A program made the translations under genes and the position numbers. From Myxococcota bacterium (GTDB taxonomy: Bacteria; Myxococcota_A; UBA9160; UBA4427), in assembly GCA_965250285.1 (NCBI GenBank), contig OZ252299.1, forward strand, positions 2,848,001-2,912,000: a DNA stretch of 64,000 nucleotides, in the 5' to 3' direction. Positions within the stretch are counted from its first letter, which is position 1. Each line of letters opens with the position of its first letter. The notes under the pieces were generated by a model, which saw only the letters and a list, made by a program, of their open reading frames with translations, did not search any database and was not told the origin of the DNA. Shown here piece by piece: positions 24,211 through 34,665 of the stretch.

Positions 24211-25461
24211 ATGTCCTTTCTGAGCGCCGAGCAGATCCAGCGGATCCGCACCGACCACGGCACCCCGGTCTACGTCTACGACGAGGCCACCCTGCTGACC
24301 CAGGCGCGCGCGGCGCTGGCGTTCCCGAACCGGTCGGGCCTGACGGTGCGATACGCGATGAAGGCGCTGCCGACCGGCGGCATCGTGCGCCTGCTCAACC
24401 GAGCCGGTCTGCACATCGACGCGAGCAGCGGCTTCGAGGCCGAGCGCGCGATCGCCGCGGGCGTACCGCCCGAGCAGATCCAGATCACCGCGCAGGAGCT
24501 CCCGAAGGATCTCAAGGGGCTCGTCGACCGCGGCGTGCTCTTCAACGCCTGCAGCCCGAACCAGCTCGAGGCCTACGGCCGGCTCTTTCCCGGCACCGAG
24601 GTGTCGCTGCGCATCAACCCCGGCCTCGGCTCGGGGCACAACAACCGAACGAACGTCGGGGGGCCGAGCTCGAGCTTCGGCATCTGGCACGAGAAGCTGC
24701 CCGAGTTGCTCGAGATCGCGAGCGAGTTCCAGCTGAAGCTCTCGGGCATGCACACGCACATCGGCTCGGGGGGCGACCCCGAGGTGTGGAAGCACTGCGC
24801 CACGCTGTCGCTCGACATCGCCGCGCGGATGCCCGACGTGACACGGCTCTCGCTCGGGGGCGGCTTCAAGGTCGCGCGCCTGCCGAGCGAAACCTCGGCC
24901 GACCTGCAGGAGATCGGCGAGGCGGTCCTGCCGATGTTCGAAGACTTCGAAACGCGCCAGGGGCGCAAGCTGCACCTCGAGATCGAGCCCGGCACGTTCC
25001 TGGTCGCGAACGCCGGCGTGATCCTCGCCAACGTAATCGACGTCGTCGACACCGGGGAAGGCGGCTACCACTTCATCAAGGTCGACAGCGGCATGACCGA
25101 GCTGCTGCGACCGAACCTGTATGGTGCGCAGCACCCGATCGACCTCGTGCCCGCCGACGGGGACACCGCGCGGCCCGTGCGCGACACGCTCGTGGCTGGG
25201 CACTGCTGCGAGAGCGGCGACATGCTGACCCCCGAGCCCGGCAACCCCGAAGGTCTGGCCCCGCGGCGCCTGCCTGCGGCTCGCCCCGGCGACACGCTCG
25301 TGATCGGCGGGGCCGGTGCCTACTGCTCGGGGCTCCAGGGCAAGAACTACAACTCGTTCCCGGAAGCACCCGAGGTGCTGCTCACCGAGCGCGGCGAGCT
25401 CAAGCTGCTGCGTCGGCGACAGAGCCTCGATCAGATCACCCAGAACGAGATCCTCGACTGA
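24211..25461 (+). CDS. lysA: Diaminopimelate decarboxylase
   Basis: GTPVYVYDE, YAMKA (PLP lysine), DASSGFE, HTHIGSG, LGGGF, IEPG, GHCCESGD, GAYC..NYNSFP. Confidence 0.93.
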   Translation: MSFLSAEQIQRIRTDHGTPVYVYDEATLLTQARAALAFPNRSGLTVRYAMKALPTGGIVRLLNRAGLHIDASSGFEAERAIAAGVPPEQIQITAQELPKDLKGLVDRGVLFNACSPNQLEAYGRLFPGTEVSLRINPGLGSGHNNRTNVGGPSSSFGIWHEKLPELLEIASEFQLKLSGMHTHIGSGGDPEVWKHCATLSLDIAARMPDVTRLSLGGGFKVARLPSETSADLQEIGEAVLPMFEDFETRQGRKLHLEIEPGTFLVANAGVILANVIDVVDTGEGGYHFIKVDSGMTELLRPNLYGAQHPIDLVPADGDTARPVRDTLVAGHCCESGDMLTPEPGNPEGLAPRRLPAARPGDTLVIGGAGAYCSGLQGKNYNSFPEAPEVLLTERGELKLLRRRQSLDQITQNEILD

Positions 25462-25590
25462 CCGGAGGCGCCTTCCTCGGGCAGCCGAGCCCCGTCGCCC
25501 CTTGACGGCCACGAGGGTACGCGGTGCCATCGGGAGCCCGCGCGCGCACGTCTGCACGCGCCGGCGGCCGACCGGAGGAGCGAGCGCCCG

Positions 25591-26376
25591 ATGATTCTCG
25601 AAGGCAAGACGATTGCGGTATCGGGGGCCGGCCCCGGCCTCGGCAAGGAGGTCGCCGCCTGCGCGCTGCGCGACGGGGCCAACGTCGTGCTCGGTGCACG
25701 CACCCAGGAGAAGCTCGAGACGACGGCGGCCGAGCTCGACCCCGACGGCAAGCGCGTCGCGATCTGCCGTATGGACGTCACCGATGCCTCGACGTGTGAG
25801 GCCTTCGCCCAGACCGCCACCGACCGCTTCGGCGCGCTCCACGGCGTGGTGAACGTCGCCGCCTTCGACACCCTGTTCGGCACCCTCGAGAGCACTTCGA
25901 CCGAGGACTGGACGACGGCGCTCACGACCAACGTCATCGGCAGCGCGAACGTCGCGAAGGCCTGCACGCCGCACATCGAGGCCGCGGGCGGCGGGGCCGT
26001 GATCCTGGTCGGCTCGCTCAGCATGTGGCTGCCGCCGCCGAACAAGCAGATCGCCTATGCCTCCTCGAAGGGCGCGCTGATCTCGGCGATGTATCACATG
26101 GCCGAAGAGCTCGGCCCGAAGAAGATCCGCGTGAACATGGTGATCCCGACTTGGATGTGGGGCCCGCCCGTGCAGATGTACGTCCAGTGGCAGGCCAGCG
26201 AGCGCAAGGTCGACGAGCAGACCATCATCGACGAGATCACTTCGAACATGCCCCTCGGCGAGATTCCGCGCGACGACGACGTCGCCGAGATGTGCACCTT
26301 CCTCTGCTCGGACCGCGCGCGCATGGTCACGGGTGAGACGATCCAGGTGAACGCCGGCGAGTTCATGCGCGGCTGA
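25591..26376 (+). CDS. Short-chain dehydrogenase/reductase (SDR)
   Basis: SGAGPGLG, YASSK catalytic motif, IRVN.VIP.WMWGPPV. Confidence 0.9.
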   Translation: MILEGKTIAVSGAGPGLGKEVAACALRDGANVVLGARTQEKLETTAAELDPDGKRVAICRMDVTDASTCEAFAQTATDRFGALHGVVNVAAFDTLFGTLESTSTEDWTTALTTNVIGSANVAKACTPHIEAAGGGAVILVGSLSMWLPPPNKQIAYASSKGALISAMYHMAEELGPKKIRVNMVIPTWMWGPPVQMYVQWQASERKVDEQTIIDEITSNMPLGEIPRDDDVAEMCTFLCSDRARMVTGETIQVNAGEFMRG

Positions 26377-26448
26377 TCACGCGGCCCGCCCACCCCGCGA
26401 TCACCGCCCCGCCCTTTCGAAGCGCCGAGGCAGGCGCAGGGAGCCCCC

Positions 26449-28935
26449 ATGCCCGCCCGATCGATCACGGACGAGACCACCGAGAAGCGCATCGACGAGC
26501 TGGTGGCGCAGCTGACCCTCGAAGAGAAGGTCTCGATGTGCGACGGCAGCGGCATCTGGCACTCGACCGGCGTCGAACGCCTCGGGATCCCGCCGATCAA
26601 GGTGACCGATGGCCCGAACGGTGCACGCGGCGATGGCGTCTCGGGCGCGACCGCACTCTGCTTTCCCGTCGGCAGCGCCCTGGGCGCGACTTGGAACCCC
26701 GAGCTCATGCGAGACGTCGGCCGCGCCCTCGCACACGAGACCCGGAGCAAGGGCGCCCAGGTGTTGCTGGGGCCGACCGTGAACCTCCATCGCCACCCCG
26801 TCGGCGGGCGACACTTCGAGTGCTACTCGGAGGATCCCCACCTCACGTCGCGGATCGCCGTGGGCTTCATCGAGGGTCTCCAGAGCGAGCGCGTGTCGGC
26901 CTGCATCAAGCACTACGTCTGCAACGACACCGAGTTCGAGCGCCACACGATCTCGAGCGACGTCGATGAGCGCACTCTGCGCGAGCTCTATCTGCCGCCG
27001 TTCGAGGCCGCCGTGCGTGAGGCCGGCACCGGCTCGATCATGTCGGCCTACAACCAGATCAACGGCACGTTCGCATCGAGCCACGCCGAGCTGCTCCGCG
27101 ACGTCTTGAAGGCCGAATGGGGCTTCGAAGGCTTCGTCGTCAGCGACTGGGGCGCCGCGAAGGAGACGGTCGAGAACGCGCGCGGCGGCCTCGATCTCGC
27201 GATGCCGGGCCCCTGCCCGACCCGCGGCGAACCCCTGCTCCAGGCGGTGAAGGAAGGCGCGGTCGACGAGGCGCACATCGATGACATGGTGCGTCGCCTG
27301 TTGCGCGTCACGTTCTGGTCGGGGCGCTTCGACGCACCCGACGAGGTCGAGGAGCGCAGCGACGACCGCCCCGAGCATCGCGCGCTCGCACGGCGCGCCG
27401 CCGCCGAGGCGATGGTGCTCGTGAAGAACGACGGGGTCCTTCCCTTCGGCGCGCCCGGCCTGCGCAAGCTCGCGGTGATCGGTCCGAATGCGAAGACCGG
27501 GATCATCCAGGGCGGCGGCAGCTCGGGCGTCAAGCCGCATCATGTCTCACATCCGCTCCAGGCCATCGAGGCCGCGCTCGGCGACGACGTCGAGGTCGAC
27601 TACTCGGTGGGCACCCACATCGACAAGTACCTGCCCGGGATCCCGCCCGAGATGCTGCGCCCCGCCGATGAGAGCGACCGGCCCGGCCTGCTGGTCGAGT
27701 ACCGAAACGGGAACGGCTTCGACACCGACGTCGTCGAGACGCGGGTCGTCAAGCGCTGCCAGGCGCTCGTGATGGGCCAGTTCTCGGAGGCCGTCGATCC
27801 GAACGCCTTCACGATGCGATACACGGGCACCTTCACCCCCGACGTCTCGGGCACCCATACCTTCGGCCTGCTCTCGTTCGGCAAGAGCCGTCTCTATGTC
27901 GACGACGAGCTGCTCATCGACAACTGGGATCACCAGGAGCGCGGCGACGCGTTCTTCGGCATGGGCTCGAAGGAGAAGCAGGGCGAGGTCACGCTCGAAG
28001 CCGGCGAGCAGCACCTCTTTCGAGTCGACTACCAGACCCCGGGCGCCGGGGGCGTGTGCGGGCTGCAGTTCGGCATGCGGCCCCCCGAGCCCGACGATCT
28101 GATCGGTGAAGCCGTCGCGGTCGCCGCCGATGCAGACGCCGTCGTGCTCGTGATCGGCACGAACAACGACTGGGAGACCGAGGGCAACGATCGCACCGAC
28201 ATCGCGTTGCCCGGCGATCAGGACGAGCTCGTTCGGCGCGTGATCGAAGCGAACCCCGACACCGTCGTCGTGCTCAATGCCGGCGCGCCCGTCACGATGC
28301 CCTGGCTCGACGATTGCCGCGCGCTGCTGCTCACATGGTTCCCCGGCCAGGAGTTCGGCCACGCCCTCGCCGACGTTCTCATGGCGCGATGCTCTCCCGG
28401 CGGTCGCATGCCGACGAGCTGGCCGAGGCGCATCGAGGACACGCCGGCGAACGAGAGCTACCCCGGCAGCGATGGCCACGCGCCGTACACCGAAGGTCTG
28501 CGCATCGGCTACCGCCACTACGACACGAGCGGCATCGAGCCAGCGATCCCGTTCGGTCACGGGCTCGGCTACAGCGAGTTCGTGTACTCGGCCCTGACCG
28601 TCCCCGAACAGATCGACGCGGGCGAGCCGTGCACGGTGTCGCTCGAGATCGCCAACGCCGGCGAGATGACGGCCCAGGAGGTGGTCCAGCTCTACGTGCA
28701 TCGCATCGATGACGACGGCGTGTCTCGCCCCGACCAGGAGCTGCGCGCCTTCGCAAAGCTCGAGCTCGGTGGGCACCACCGCAGCGACGTCGAGCTCGAG
28801 GTCGACGCCCGTGCGTTCTCGTATTGGGATGCCGAGGCCCACGCCTGGCGCGTCGCACCCGGTCGCTACGAGCTGCGTGTCGGTGGCTCGAGCCGCGACA
28901 TTCGGTCGACCGCCGAGGTCGAGGTGCGGGGCTGA
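26449..28935 (+). CDS. Beta-glucosidase, glycoside hydrolase family 3 with PA14 and Fn3-like domains
   Basis: TDGPNGARG, GRHFECYSEDP, KHY, MSAYN, VSDW nucleophile, PA14 insert, ETEGNDR, GYRHYD, PFGHGLGY. No signal peptide. Confidence 0.95.
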   Translation: MPARSITDETTEKRIDELVAQLTLEEKVSMCDGSGIWHSTGVERLGIPPIKVTDGPNGARGDGVSGATALCFPVGSALGATWNPELMRDVGRALAHETRSKGAQVLLGPTVNLHRHPVGGRHFECYSEDPHLTSRIAVGFIEGLQSERVSACIKHYVCNDTEFERHTISSDVDERTLRELYLPPFEAAVREAGTGSIMSAYNQINGTFASSHAELLRDVLKAEWGFEGFVVSDWGAAKETVENARGGLDLAMPGPCPTRGEPLLQAVKEGAVDEAHIDDMVRRLLRVTFWSGRFDAPDEVEERSDDRPEHRALARRAAAEAMVLVKNDGVLPFGAPGLRKLAVIGPNAKTGIIQGGGSSGVKPHHVSHPLQAIEAALGDDVEVDYSVGTHIDKYLPGIPPEMLRPADESDRPGLLVEYRNGNGFDTDVVETRVVKRCQALVMGQFSEAVDPNAFTMRYTGTFTPDVSGTHTFGLLSFGKSRLYVDDELLIDNWDHQERGDAFFGMGSKEKQGEVTLEAGEQHLFRVDYQTPGAGGVCGLQFGMRPPEPDDLIGEAVAVAADADAVVLVIGTNNDWETEGNDRTDIALPGDQDELVRRVIEANPDTVVVLNAGAPVTMPWLDDCRALLLTWFPGQEFGHALADVLMARCSPGGRMPTSWPRRIEDTPANESYPGSDGHAPYTEGLRIGYRHYDTSGIEPAIPFGHGLGYSEFVYSALTVPEQIDAGEPCTVSLEIANAGEMTAQEVVQLYVHRIDDDGVSRPDQELRAFAKLELGGHHRSDVELEVDARAFSYWDAEAHAWRVAPGRYELRVGGSSRDIRSTAEVEVRG

Positions 28936-28966
28936 GCGGGCGCAACGCCCGCAGGCGCAGCCGGGA

Positions 28967-30301
28967 TCACTCGTTCGCGGTCGCGAGATCGGCGCGCAGA
29001 TTCTTCGCGGCGAGTCCGTAGTGAACCGCCGACCAGATGTTGCCGCCGACGACGAGGATCACGAGCGCGTAGCGGAGCGATTCGTCGCCGAAGCGGGGCG
29101 CCAGCGCGTCGCTCAGCGCACCCGTCGCCGAGGGCCCGAGACCGAGGCCGATCAGGTTGATGATGAAGAGCAGAACGGCCGAGGCGAGCGCCCGCATGTG
29201 CGGCTTCGCGATGCTCTGGGTCATCGCGAATGTCGGCCCTAGGTACATCGCCCCGAGAACCGCGGCCGGGAAGAGCAGCACCATCGCGACGTACGGATCA
29301 CCGAGCAAGTAGATGCAGCCCGCGATCGGCGCTCCGAGCAGCGTCGAGATGCCGGGCACCCAGACCGCCCATCGCACGTCTCGGTCTCGAAGGCGGTCGA
29401 CGAGCCAACCGCCGCCGTAGACCCCGACCGCACCGATCAAGCCGACGAAGAACAAGAAGCTCGACACCTCGGGCTTCGTCATCCCGTGAATGCGCATGAA
29501 GAAAGCCGCGTTGAAGAATGCGACGCCGTAGCCGACGAACGAATGCAGCGCGGCGGCGAGCGACATCTGGATGAAGGAGCGCCGCGCGAGCATGTAGCGG
29601 ATGACCTCGCCCGGCGACGAGCCCGTCGTCGGTGCCACGACGGCACGGGCAGCTCGAGCGCCCCCCTCGTTGCGCCCATCGACCCGCGGCTCGGGTAGCG
29701 TCGTCGCGACGAGCACAGCGAGCGCGACCCCGGGCAGACCGACCACGAGGAACGCGACGCGCCAGCCGAAGTACTGGCCGACCCAGCCGCCGATCAGCGT
29801 GCCGAGTGCCCCCCCGATGTAGATGCCCGCCGAGTAGATCGACAACGCGCGCGCGCGCTGCGAGACCGGGAAGTAATCGGTGATGAGCGAGTGCGAAGGC
29901 GGTGAGCCGGCCGCCTCTCCGATGCCGACACCGATGCGCGCCGCGATCAAGCCGGCGAAGCTCGACGCCCGGCCAGTGATCGCCGTCATCAGGCTCCACG
30001 TGGTCAGCCCGATCGTGATGATGAGCCGGCGCGATCCGAAGTCGGCCCAGCGCGCGATCGGGATGCCGGCAAAGGTGTAGAAGAGCGCGAACGCGATGCC
30101 GCCCAGCAACCCGAGCTGCGTGTCGGAGAGGTCGATCTCGCGCTTGATGTCCTCGAGCAGGATCGAGAGGATCTGGCGATCGATGAAGTTGAAGATGTAG
30201 ACCGCGAGAAGCAGTGCGAGGGCGTACCGGGCTCGGCCCGGTGACACGAGCCCCGGAGCCTCCTCGGCCTCGGCGCCGGTCGGCGTCTCTGCTTGGCTCA
30301 T
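28967..30301 (-). CDS. MFS transporter (spinster-like)
   Basis: NFIDRQILSIL, LSDTQLGLL.G.AFALFYT..GIPIARWAD..SRR, ARIGVGIGEA, ~12 hydrophobic segments. Confidence 0.92.
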   Translation of the reverse strand: MSQAETPTGAEAEEAPGLVSPGRARYALALLLAVYIFNFIDRQILSILLEDIKREIDLSDTQLGLLGGIAFALFYTFAGIPIARWADFGSRRLIITIGLTTWSLMTAITGRASSFAGLIAARIGVGIGEAAGSPPSHSLITDYFPVSQRARALSIYSAGIYIGGALGTLIGGWVGQYFGWRVAFLVVGLPGVALAVLVATTLPEPRVDGRNEGGARAARAVVAPTTGSSPGEVIRYMLARRSFIQMSLAAALHSFVGYGVAFFNAAFFMRIHGMTKPEVSSFLFFVGLIGAVGVYGGGWLVDRLRDRDVRWAVWVPGISTLLGAPIAGCIYLLGDPYVAMVLLFPAAVLGAMYLGPTFAMTQSIAKPHMRALASAVLLFIINLIGLGLGPSATGALSDALAPRFGDESLRYALVILVVGGNIWSAVHYGLAAKNLRADLATANE

Positions 30302-30509
30302 CGCGCTTCCCCCTCGCGTCGGCTCGGCCGGCCGACCGAGCATAGGCGAGGCGACCGCGAACGGGCACGAAACAACGGCAGGTTCACTGCCTCGGAATCC
30401 ACCCGCTCGCGCCCGGTCACCCCCCGCGCCAGACCGCCCGCGTGGGTCTTGTCGCATGCCCGCCGGCCGGGGATCATCGTGGGCCCTGCCGAACACGAGG
30501 AGCGCGCCC

Positions 30510-32057
30510 ATGTACCCCGGGAACTACGTCGAAGAGCAGCCGGACAAGCCCGCCGTCATCATGCACGGCTCGGGCGAGGTCGTGACCTACCGAGAGCTCG
30601 ACCGGCGATCGACCCAGCTCGCCCGACTGTTTCGCGATGCCGGGCTGAGGCGCGGCGATCACATCGCGATGCTGATCGAGAACAACGCGCACTTCCTCGA
30701 GATCGGCTGGGCGGCGCTTCGCTCGGGCCTCTACGTCACACCGATCAACAGCTATCTCACGGCCGAAGAGGCGGCCTACATCATCGACGACTGCGGCGCG
30801 CGGGCCTTCGTGGGCAGCCGGGCCAAGGCCGAAGTGGCCGAGGGGCTGCGCGGCGAGTTCGCCGTCCCCGCCGTCGAGACCTATCTGATGGTCGGCGGCG
30901 CGATCGATGGCTACGACGACTACCTCGAGGCCATCGCCGATCAGGACACCAAGCGTCTCGAGGACGAGACGATGGGCGCCGTCATGATGTACTCGTCGGG
31001 CACGACGGGCCGGCCCAAGGGCATCATGCGTCCGCTGCCCGACGAGACGCCGGCTGACAGCCTCGCCCCAGCACTCATGGGCATGCTCTTCGGCTGGCGC
31101 AAGGACATGGTCTACCTCTCACCGGCTCCCCTGTACCATGCAGCGCCCAATGCCTTCTGCAACGCGACGCTGGCCTTCGGAGGAACCGTCGTCGTGATGG
31201 AGAAGTTCGACGCTGCCGAGGCGCTGCGCGCGATCGACATCCATGGCGCGACCCACAGCCAATGGGTGCCGACCATGTTCAGCCGCATGCTGAAGCTGCC
31301 CGAGGACGATCGCGCGAGCTTCAGCGGTTCTTCCCTCGAGATGGCGATCCACGCCGCCGCCCCCTGCCCCGTCGCCGTGAAGCACCAGATGATCGAGTGG
31401 TGGGGCCCCATCCTCTCCGAGTACTACGCGGGCAGCGAGGGCAACGGTGCCACGATCATCCACAGTGAAGACTGGCTGAAGAAGCCGGGCTCGGTCGGCC
31501 AGGCGATCGGCGAAGCGAAGATCGACATCATGGACGACGAGGGCCGCGTGCTGCCGCCGGGAGAGCCCGGGACCGTCTACTTCAGGGGCGGCGCCGAGTT
31601 CGAGTATCACAACGACCCGGGGAAGACGGCCGACAGCCGACGCGACGGGGGCCGCAGCACACTCGGCGACATGGGCTACGTGGATGAGGACGGCTACCTC
31701 TTCCTCACCGACCGCAAGGCGTACATGATCATCTCGGGCGGCGTGAACATCTATCCGCAGGAGATCGAGGACTGCCTGATCACCCACGAGCTCATCGCAG
31801 ACGCTGCCGTCTTCGGCGTCCCGAACGAGGACATGGGCGAAGAGGTGAAGGCGGTCGTTCAGCTGATGCCCGGCGTCGACGAGAGCGACGCCACGCGCGA
31901 AGCCCTGCTCGCTCATTGCCGCGAGCACCTGGCCGGCTACAAGATGCCGCGCTCGATCGACTTCGAAGCCGAGCTGCCGCGGCTGCCAACGGGCAAGCTC
32001 TACAAGCGGCTGTTGCGCGACAAGTACTGGGGCGAGCACACGTCGAAGATCGTGTGA
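30510..32057 (+). CDS. Acyl-CoA synthetase (AMP-binding, FadD4-like)
   Basis: YSSGTTGRPKG, PLYHAAP, EYYAGSEG, GDMGYVDEDGYLFLTDRK, LPRLPTGKLYKR. Confidence 0.93.
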   Translation: MYPGNYVEEQPDKPAVIMHGSGEVVTYRELDRRSTQLARLFRDAGLRRGDHIAMLIENNAHFLEIGWAALRSGLYVTPINSYLTAEEAAYIIDDCGARAFVGSRAKAEVAEGLRGEFAVPAVETYLMVGGAIDGYDDYLEAIADQDTKRLEDETMGAVMMYSSGTTGRPKGIMRPLPDETPADSLAPALMGMLFGWRKDMVYLSPAPLYHAAPNAFCNATLAFGGTVVVMEKFDAAEALRAIDIHGATHSQWVPTMFSRMLKLPEDDRASFSGSSLEMAIHAAAPCPVAVKHQMIEWWGPILSEYYAGSEGNGATIIHSEDWLKKPGSVGQAIGEAKIDIMDDEGRVLPPGEPGTVYFRGGAEFEYHNDPGKTADSRRDGGRSTLGDMGYVDEDGYLFLTDRKAYMIISGGVNIYPQEIEDCLITHELIADAAVFGVPNEDMGEEVKAVVQLMPGVDESDATREALLAHCREHLAGYKMPRSIDFEAELPRLPTGKLYKRLLRDKYWGEHTSKIV

Positions 32058-32150
32058 CCCCTCGGCCAGCTCGCCCGCCGCGTGCAGTGACCCAGCGCAT
32101 CGCCGACCCGATCGATGCGATCGGGGGGCGGCGCGAGGGCGGACGCCGCC

Positions 32151-32717
32151 TCAGTCCGACACCGCCCCGTTGGCGCGCTCGCGCGCGGGCCAGTCGAACT
32201 CGAGTGCCTTGTGATCGAAGTGCCCGGGCTCGATCCGCCCGCCGTGTTCGAGCTCGATCCCGGGTCCGACGACGCGCACGACGTAGTCGGCGGTCTTGCC
32301 CAGGCGACGACAGGCTTTCACATAGTCGATGCCCACCCGGTAGACCCCCTCGAGGGGCTCTTCGAAGCGCACCGTCTCACGGCGTTCGTCACCCTCGCTG
32401 GCGCGCTCACAGCGCACGTCGCGATCGAGGCGGTCGCCACGCGTGCTGGGTGAATTGCCGAAGTAGACGGTTTCGAGCAGCGGATCGGTGACGTGGAGGT
32501 CGAGGTCGGCCGCCCCATCGAAGCGCAGCTCGACCTCGAGCGCGCCGGCGGGCCGAGCACCGAACGTGCTCGGCGAGAGTGCCGGCGCCTTCGCCGCGCA
32601 GCCCCACAGCGGCCACCCGAGCGCACAGAAAGCCATTGCCACGAGGATTCGCGCCCGAAACGAGATAGATTGTCGAGACGCCTTCGAGCGGAGATCGTCG
32701 CCATGCATCTCGGTCAT
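32151..32717 (-). CDS. Lipoprotein with YfaP/DUF2135-like domain
   Basis: LWGC lipobox. LEVELRFDGAADLDLHVTDP..ETVYF.N....G.RLD.DV....E.V.F.....G.YRV.I.Y pattern. Start uncertain. Confidence 0.65.
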   Translation of the reverse strand: MTEMHGDDLRSKASRQSISFRARILVAMAFCALGWPLWGCAAKAPALSPSTFGARPAGALEVELRFDGAADLDLHVTDPLLETVYFGNSPSTRGDRLDRDVRCERASEGDERRETVRFEEPLEGVYRVGIDYVKACRRLGKTADYVVRVVGPGIELEHGGRIEPGHFDHKALEFDWPARERANGAVSD

Positions 32718-32777
32718 CGCCCCCTTCTCGCCGCTGCGGCAGCCCGACCATCTTGTAGCAGCCGTTGGCTGCCCTCA

Positions 32778-34652
32778 ATGCGATGCGGCCGGTCGATCAG
32801 CGCGCTGGTCTGTTCGCTCATGTTCGTGCTCGCGGCATCTGCTGCGCTCGCCACGTCGGAGCCGACCGCGGACCCCGCGCCCGACGCAGCCACCGCCGAT
32901 CAAACGGCTCGGTTCGAGGGCACGGTGACCCACGCAGGCGCGCCGGTCGAGGGCGCCATGGTCACGTTCCGACGGGGCGAGCCCGCCCACACGTTGACCG
33001 TCTTCACCGACGAGCAAGGCCGCTTCGCTTCCCCGCCCATGGCCTTCGACGGCGGCTATCAGCTGCGCGTGCGGCGGCTCGGCTGGCGCGACCTCGTGAT
33101 CGACGGCGCCGCGCCGGGCGCGACGCCGGCCCAGCTCGAGCTCGAGCTCGAGCGCGAAACCGACGCGGCGCGGCTCGCCGAGACGCTCCCCGCGAACCAG
33201 TGGTACGGCCTCGTCCTCGATCGGATCGACGACGACGCGCACCGCACCGAGCTCAAGCAGCAGTGCACGTACTGCCACCAGCAGGGCAACTGGGCGACGC
33301 ATCGCGCGCGACCCCGCGAAGCGTGGGAGAAGCTGATCCTGCTGATGGGGCGACGCGGCGCCATGATCTCGCGCGATCTACGAGAGCAGCTGCCCGACAT
33401 CATGATCGAGGCCTACGCACCCGAGAACGCCCTGCCCGCCCTGACGGCCGGCATGGAAGATCCGGGCTTCGCCCCCGATCGCTCACCCGAAGTGCGGCGC
33501 GCCGTGATCGAAGAGTGGGAGCTCGGGGGACGCGCCTCGAATCAGCACGACATGATGGTCCACCCGAGCGGCGTGATCTATTCGGTCGACATGCCGCAGG
33601 ACGAGCTGCACCGGCTCGACCCCGCGGTGGCCGGCGGTGCGCGCGAGTCGTTCGAGATCCCGCGCGGCGACCTCGAGCCAGGCGGGGTGTTCGCGAGCGC
33701 CAACCGTCCCACGTCGACGTCCGACTCGTACGTCGGTCCGCACTCTTTGCAGACCGCCCCCGATGGCTCCGTCTGGATCACGCTCTCGCTCGGCAACCAG
33801 CTCGCGCGCTTCGATCATGAGACGAGCGAGTGGACGATCCACGAGCTCGACAGCGGCATCTACCCGCACACGCTGCGCTTCGATCAACGCGGTCGAATCT
33901 GGTACACGATGGCCGCGTCGAATCACGTCGGCATGTTCGATCCCGCGACGAACGAGCAGCGCCACATTCGCTTGCCGTCTTCGACCTGGCAGCAGGAGAT
34001 CATCCTGCGCTCGATGCCGTTCATCCTCTGGGTCGGCCGCCACATCGACATTCGCGGGCAGGCCAGCGAGGGCGACGGTCTCAAGATGCCCGTGCCCTAC
34101 GGCATCGACATCGCGCCGGACGGCGGCGTCTGGTTCAGCCAGCTCAACGAGCACCGCATCGGACGCATCGACCCCGATACGTTCGAGCTCGAGATGATCG
34201 ATACGCCCTTCGCAACGCCACGCCGCCTGCGCTTCGACAGCGAGGGAAGGCTGTGGATCCCCGGGTTCGCCGACAGCCTGATCGCCCGATTCGACCTCGA
34301 GTCGCGGGCGTTCGAGACCTGGCCCCTGCCCATCGAGCCCCTCGGCACCGAGGTCCCCTATGCGCTGGCGGTGCAGCCGGGCACGGATCACGTCTGGATC
34401 TGCGGAACGAACAGCGACACGATGATCCGCTTCGAGCCCGAGCACGAGCGCTTCACGGTCTACCCCATGCCCACCCGCGTGACCTACACGCGAGAGATCG
34501 ACTTCGACGCAGAAGGGCGGGTGTGGACGTCGAACTCGAACGGCCCGACGTGGCAGATCGAACGGGGCGTGCCCCAGGTGATTCGCATCGATCCCGGCTC
34601 GGGCGAGGCGACGGGCGCTCGTCTGGCCGAGCACGGCCCGCCGGAGCGCTGA
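32778..34652 (+). CDS. Exported protein: carboxypeptidase-regulatory-like domain + CxxCH heme + Vgb (streptogramin lyase)-like beta-propeller
   Basis: Signal peptide, GTVT..GAPVEGAMVT..TDEQGRF, CTYCH, repeated PH/PY.L..D..G.VW/IW blades. Confidence 0.8.
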   Translation: MRCGRSISALVCSLMFVLAASAALATSEPTADPAPDAATADQTARFEGTVTHAGAPVEGAMVTFRRGEPAHTLTVFTDEQGRFASPPMAFDGGYQLRVRRLGWRDLVIDGAAPGATPAQLELELERETDAARLAETLPANQWYGLVLDRIDDDAHRTELKQQCTYCHQQGNWATHRARPREAWEKLILLMGRRGAMISRDLREQLPDIMIEAYAPENALPALTAGMEDPGFAPDRSPEVRRAVIEEWELGGRASNQHDMMVHPSGVIYSVDMPQDELHRLDPAVAGGARESFEIPRGDLEPGGVFASANRPTSTSDSYVGPHSLQTAPDGSVWITLSLGNQLARFDHETSEWTIHELDSGIYPHTLRFDQRGRIWYTMAASNHVGMFDPATNEQRHIRLPSSTWQQEIILRSMPFILWVGRHIDIRGQASEGDGLKMPVPYGIDIAPDGGVWFSQLNEHRIGRIDPDTFELEMIDTPFATPRRLRFDSEGRLWIPGFADSLIARFDLESRAFETWPLPIEPLGTEVPYALAVQPGTDHVWICGTNSDTMIRFEPEHERFTVYPMPTRVTYTREIDFDAEGRVWTSNSNGPTWQIERGVPQVIRIDPGSGEATGARLAEHGPPER

Positions 34653-34665
34653 GCCCCGGGCCGGG

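Noticed and set aside
33483..34600. Streptogramin resistance gene (vgb)
   Set aside because: Only the propeller repeat pattern is shared. Signal peptide, Ig-like domain and heme motif argue against a true Vgb lyase.
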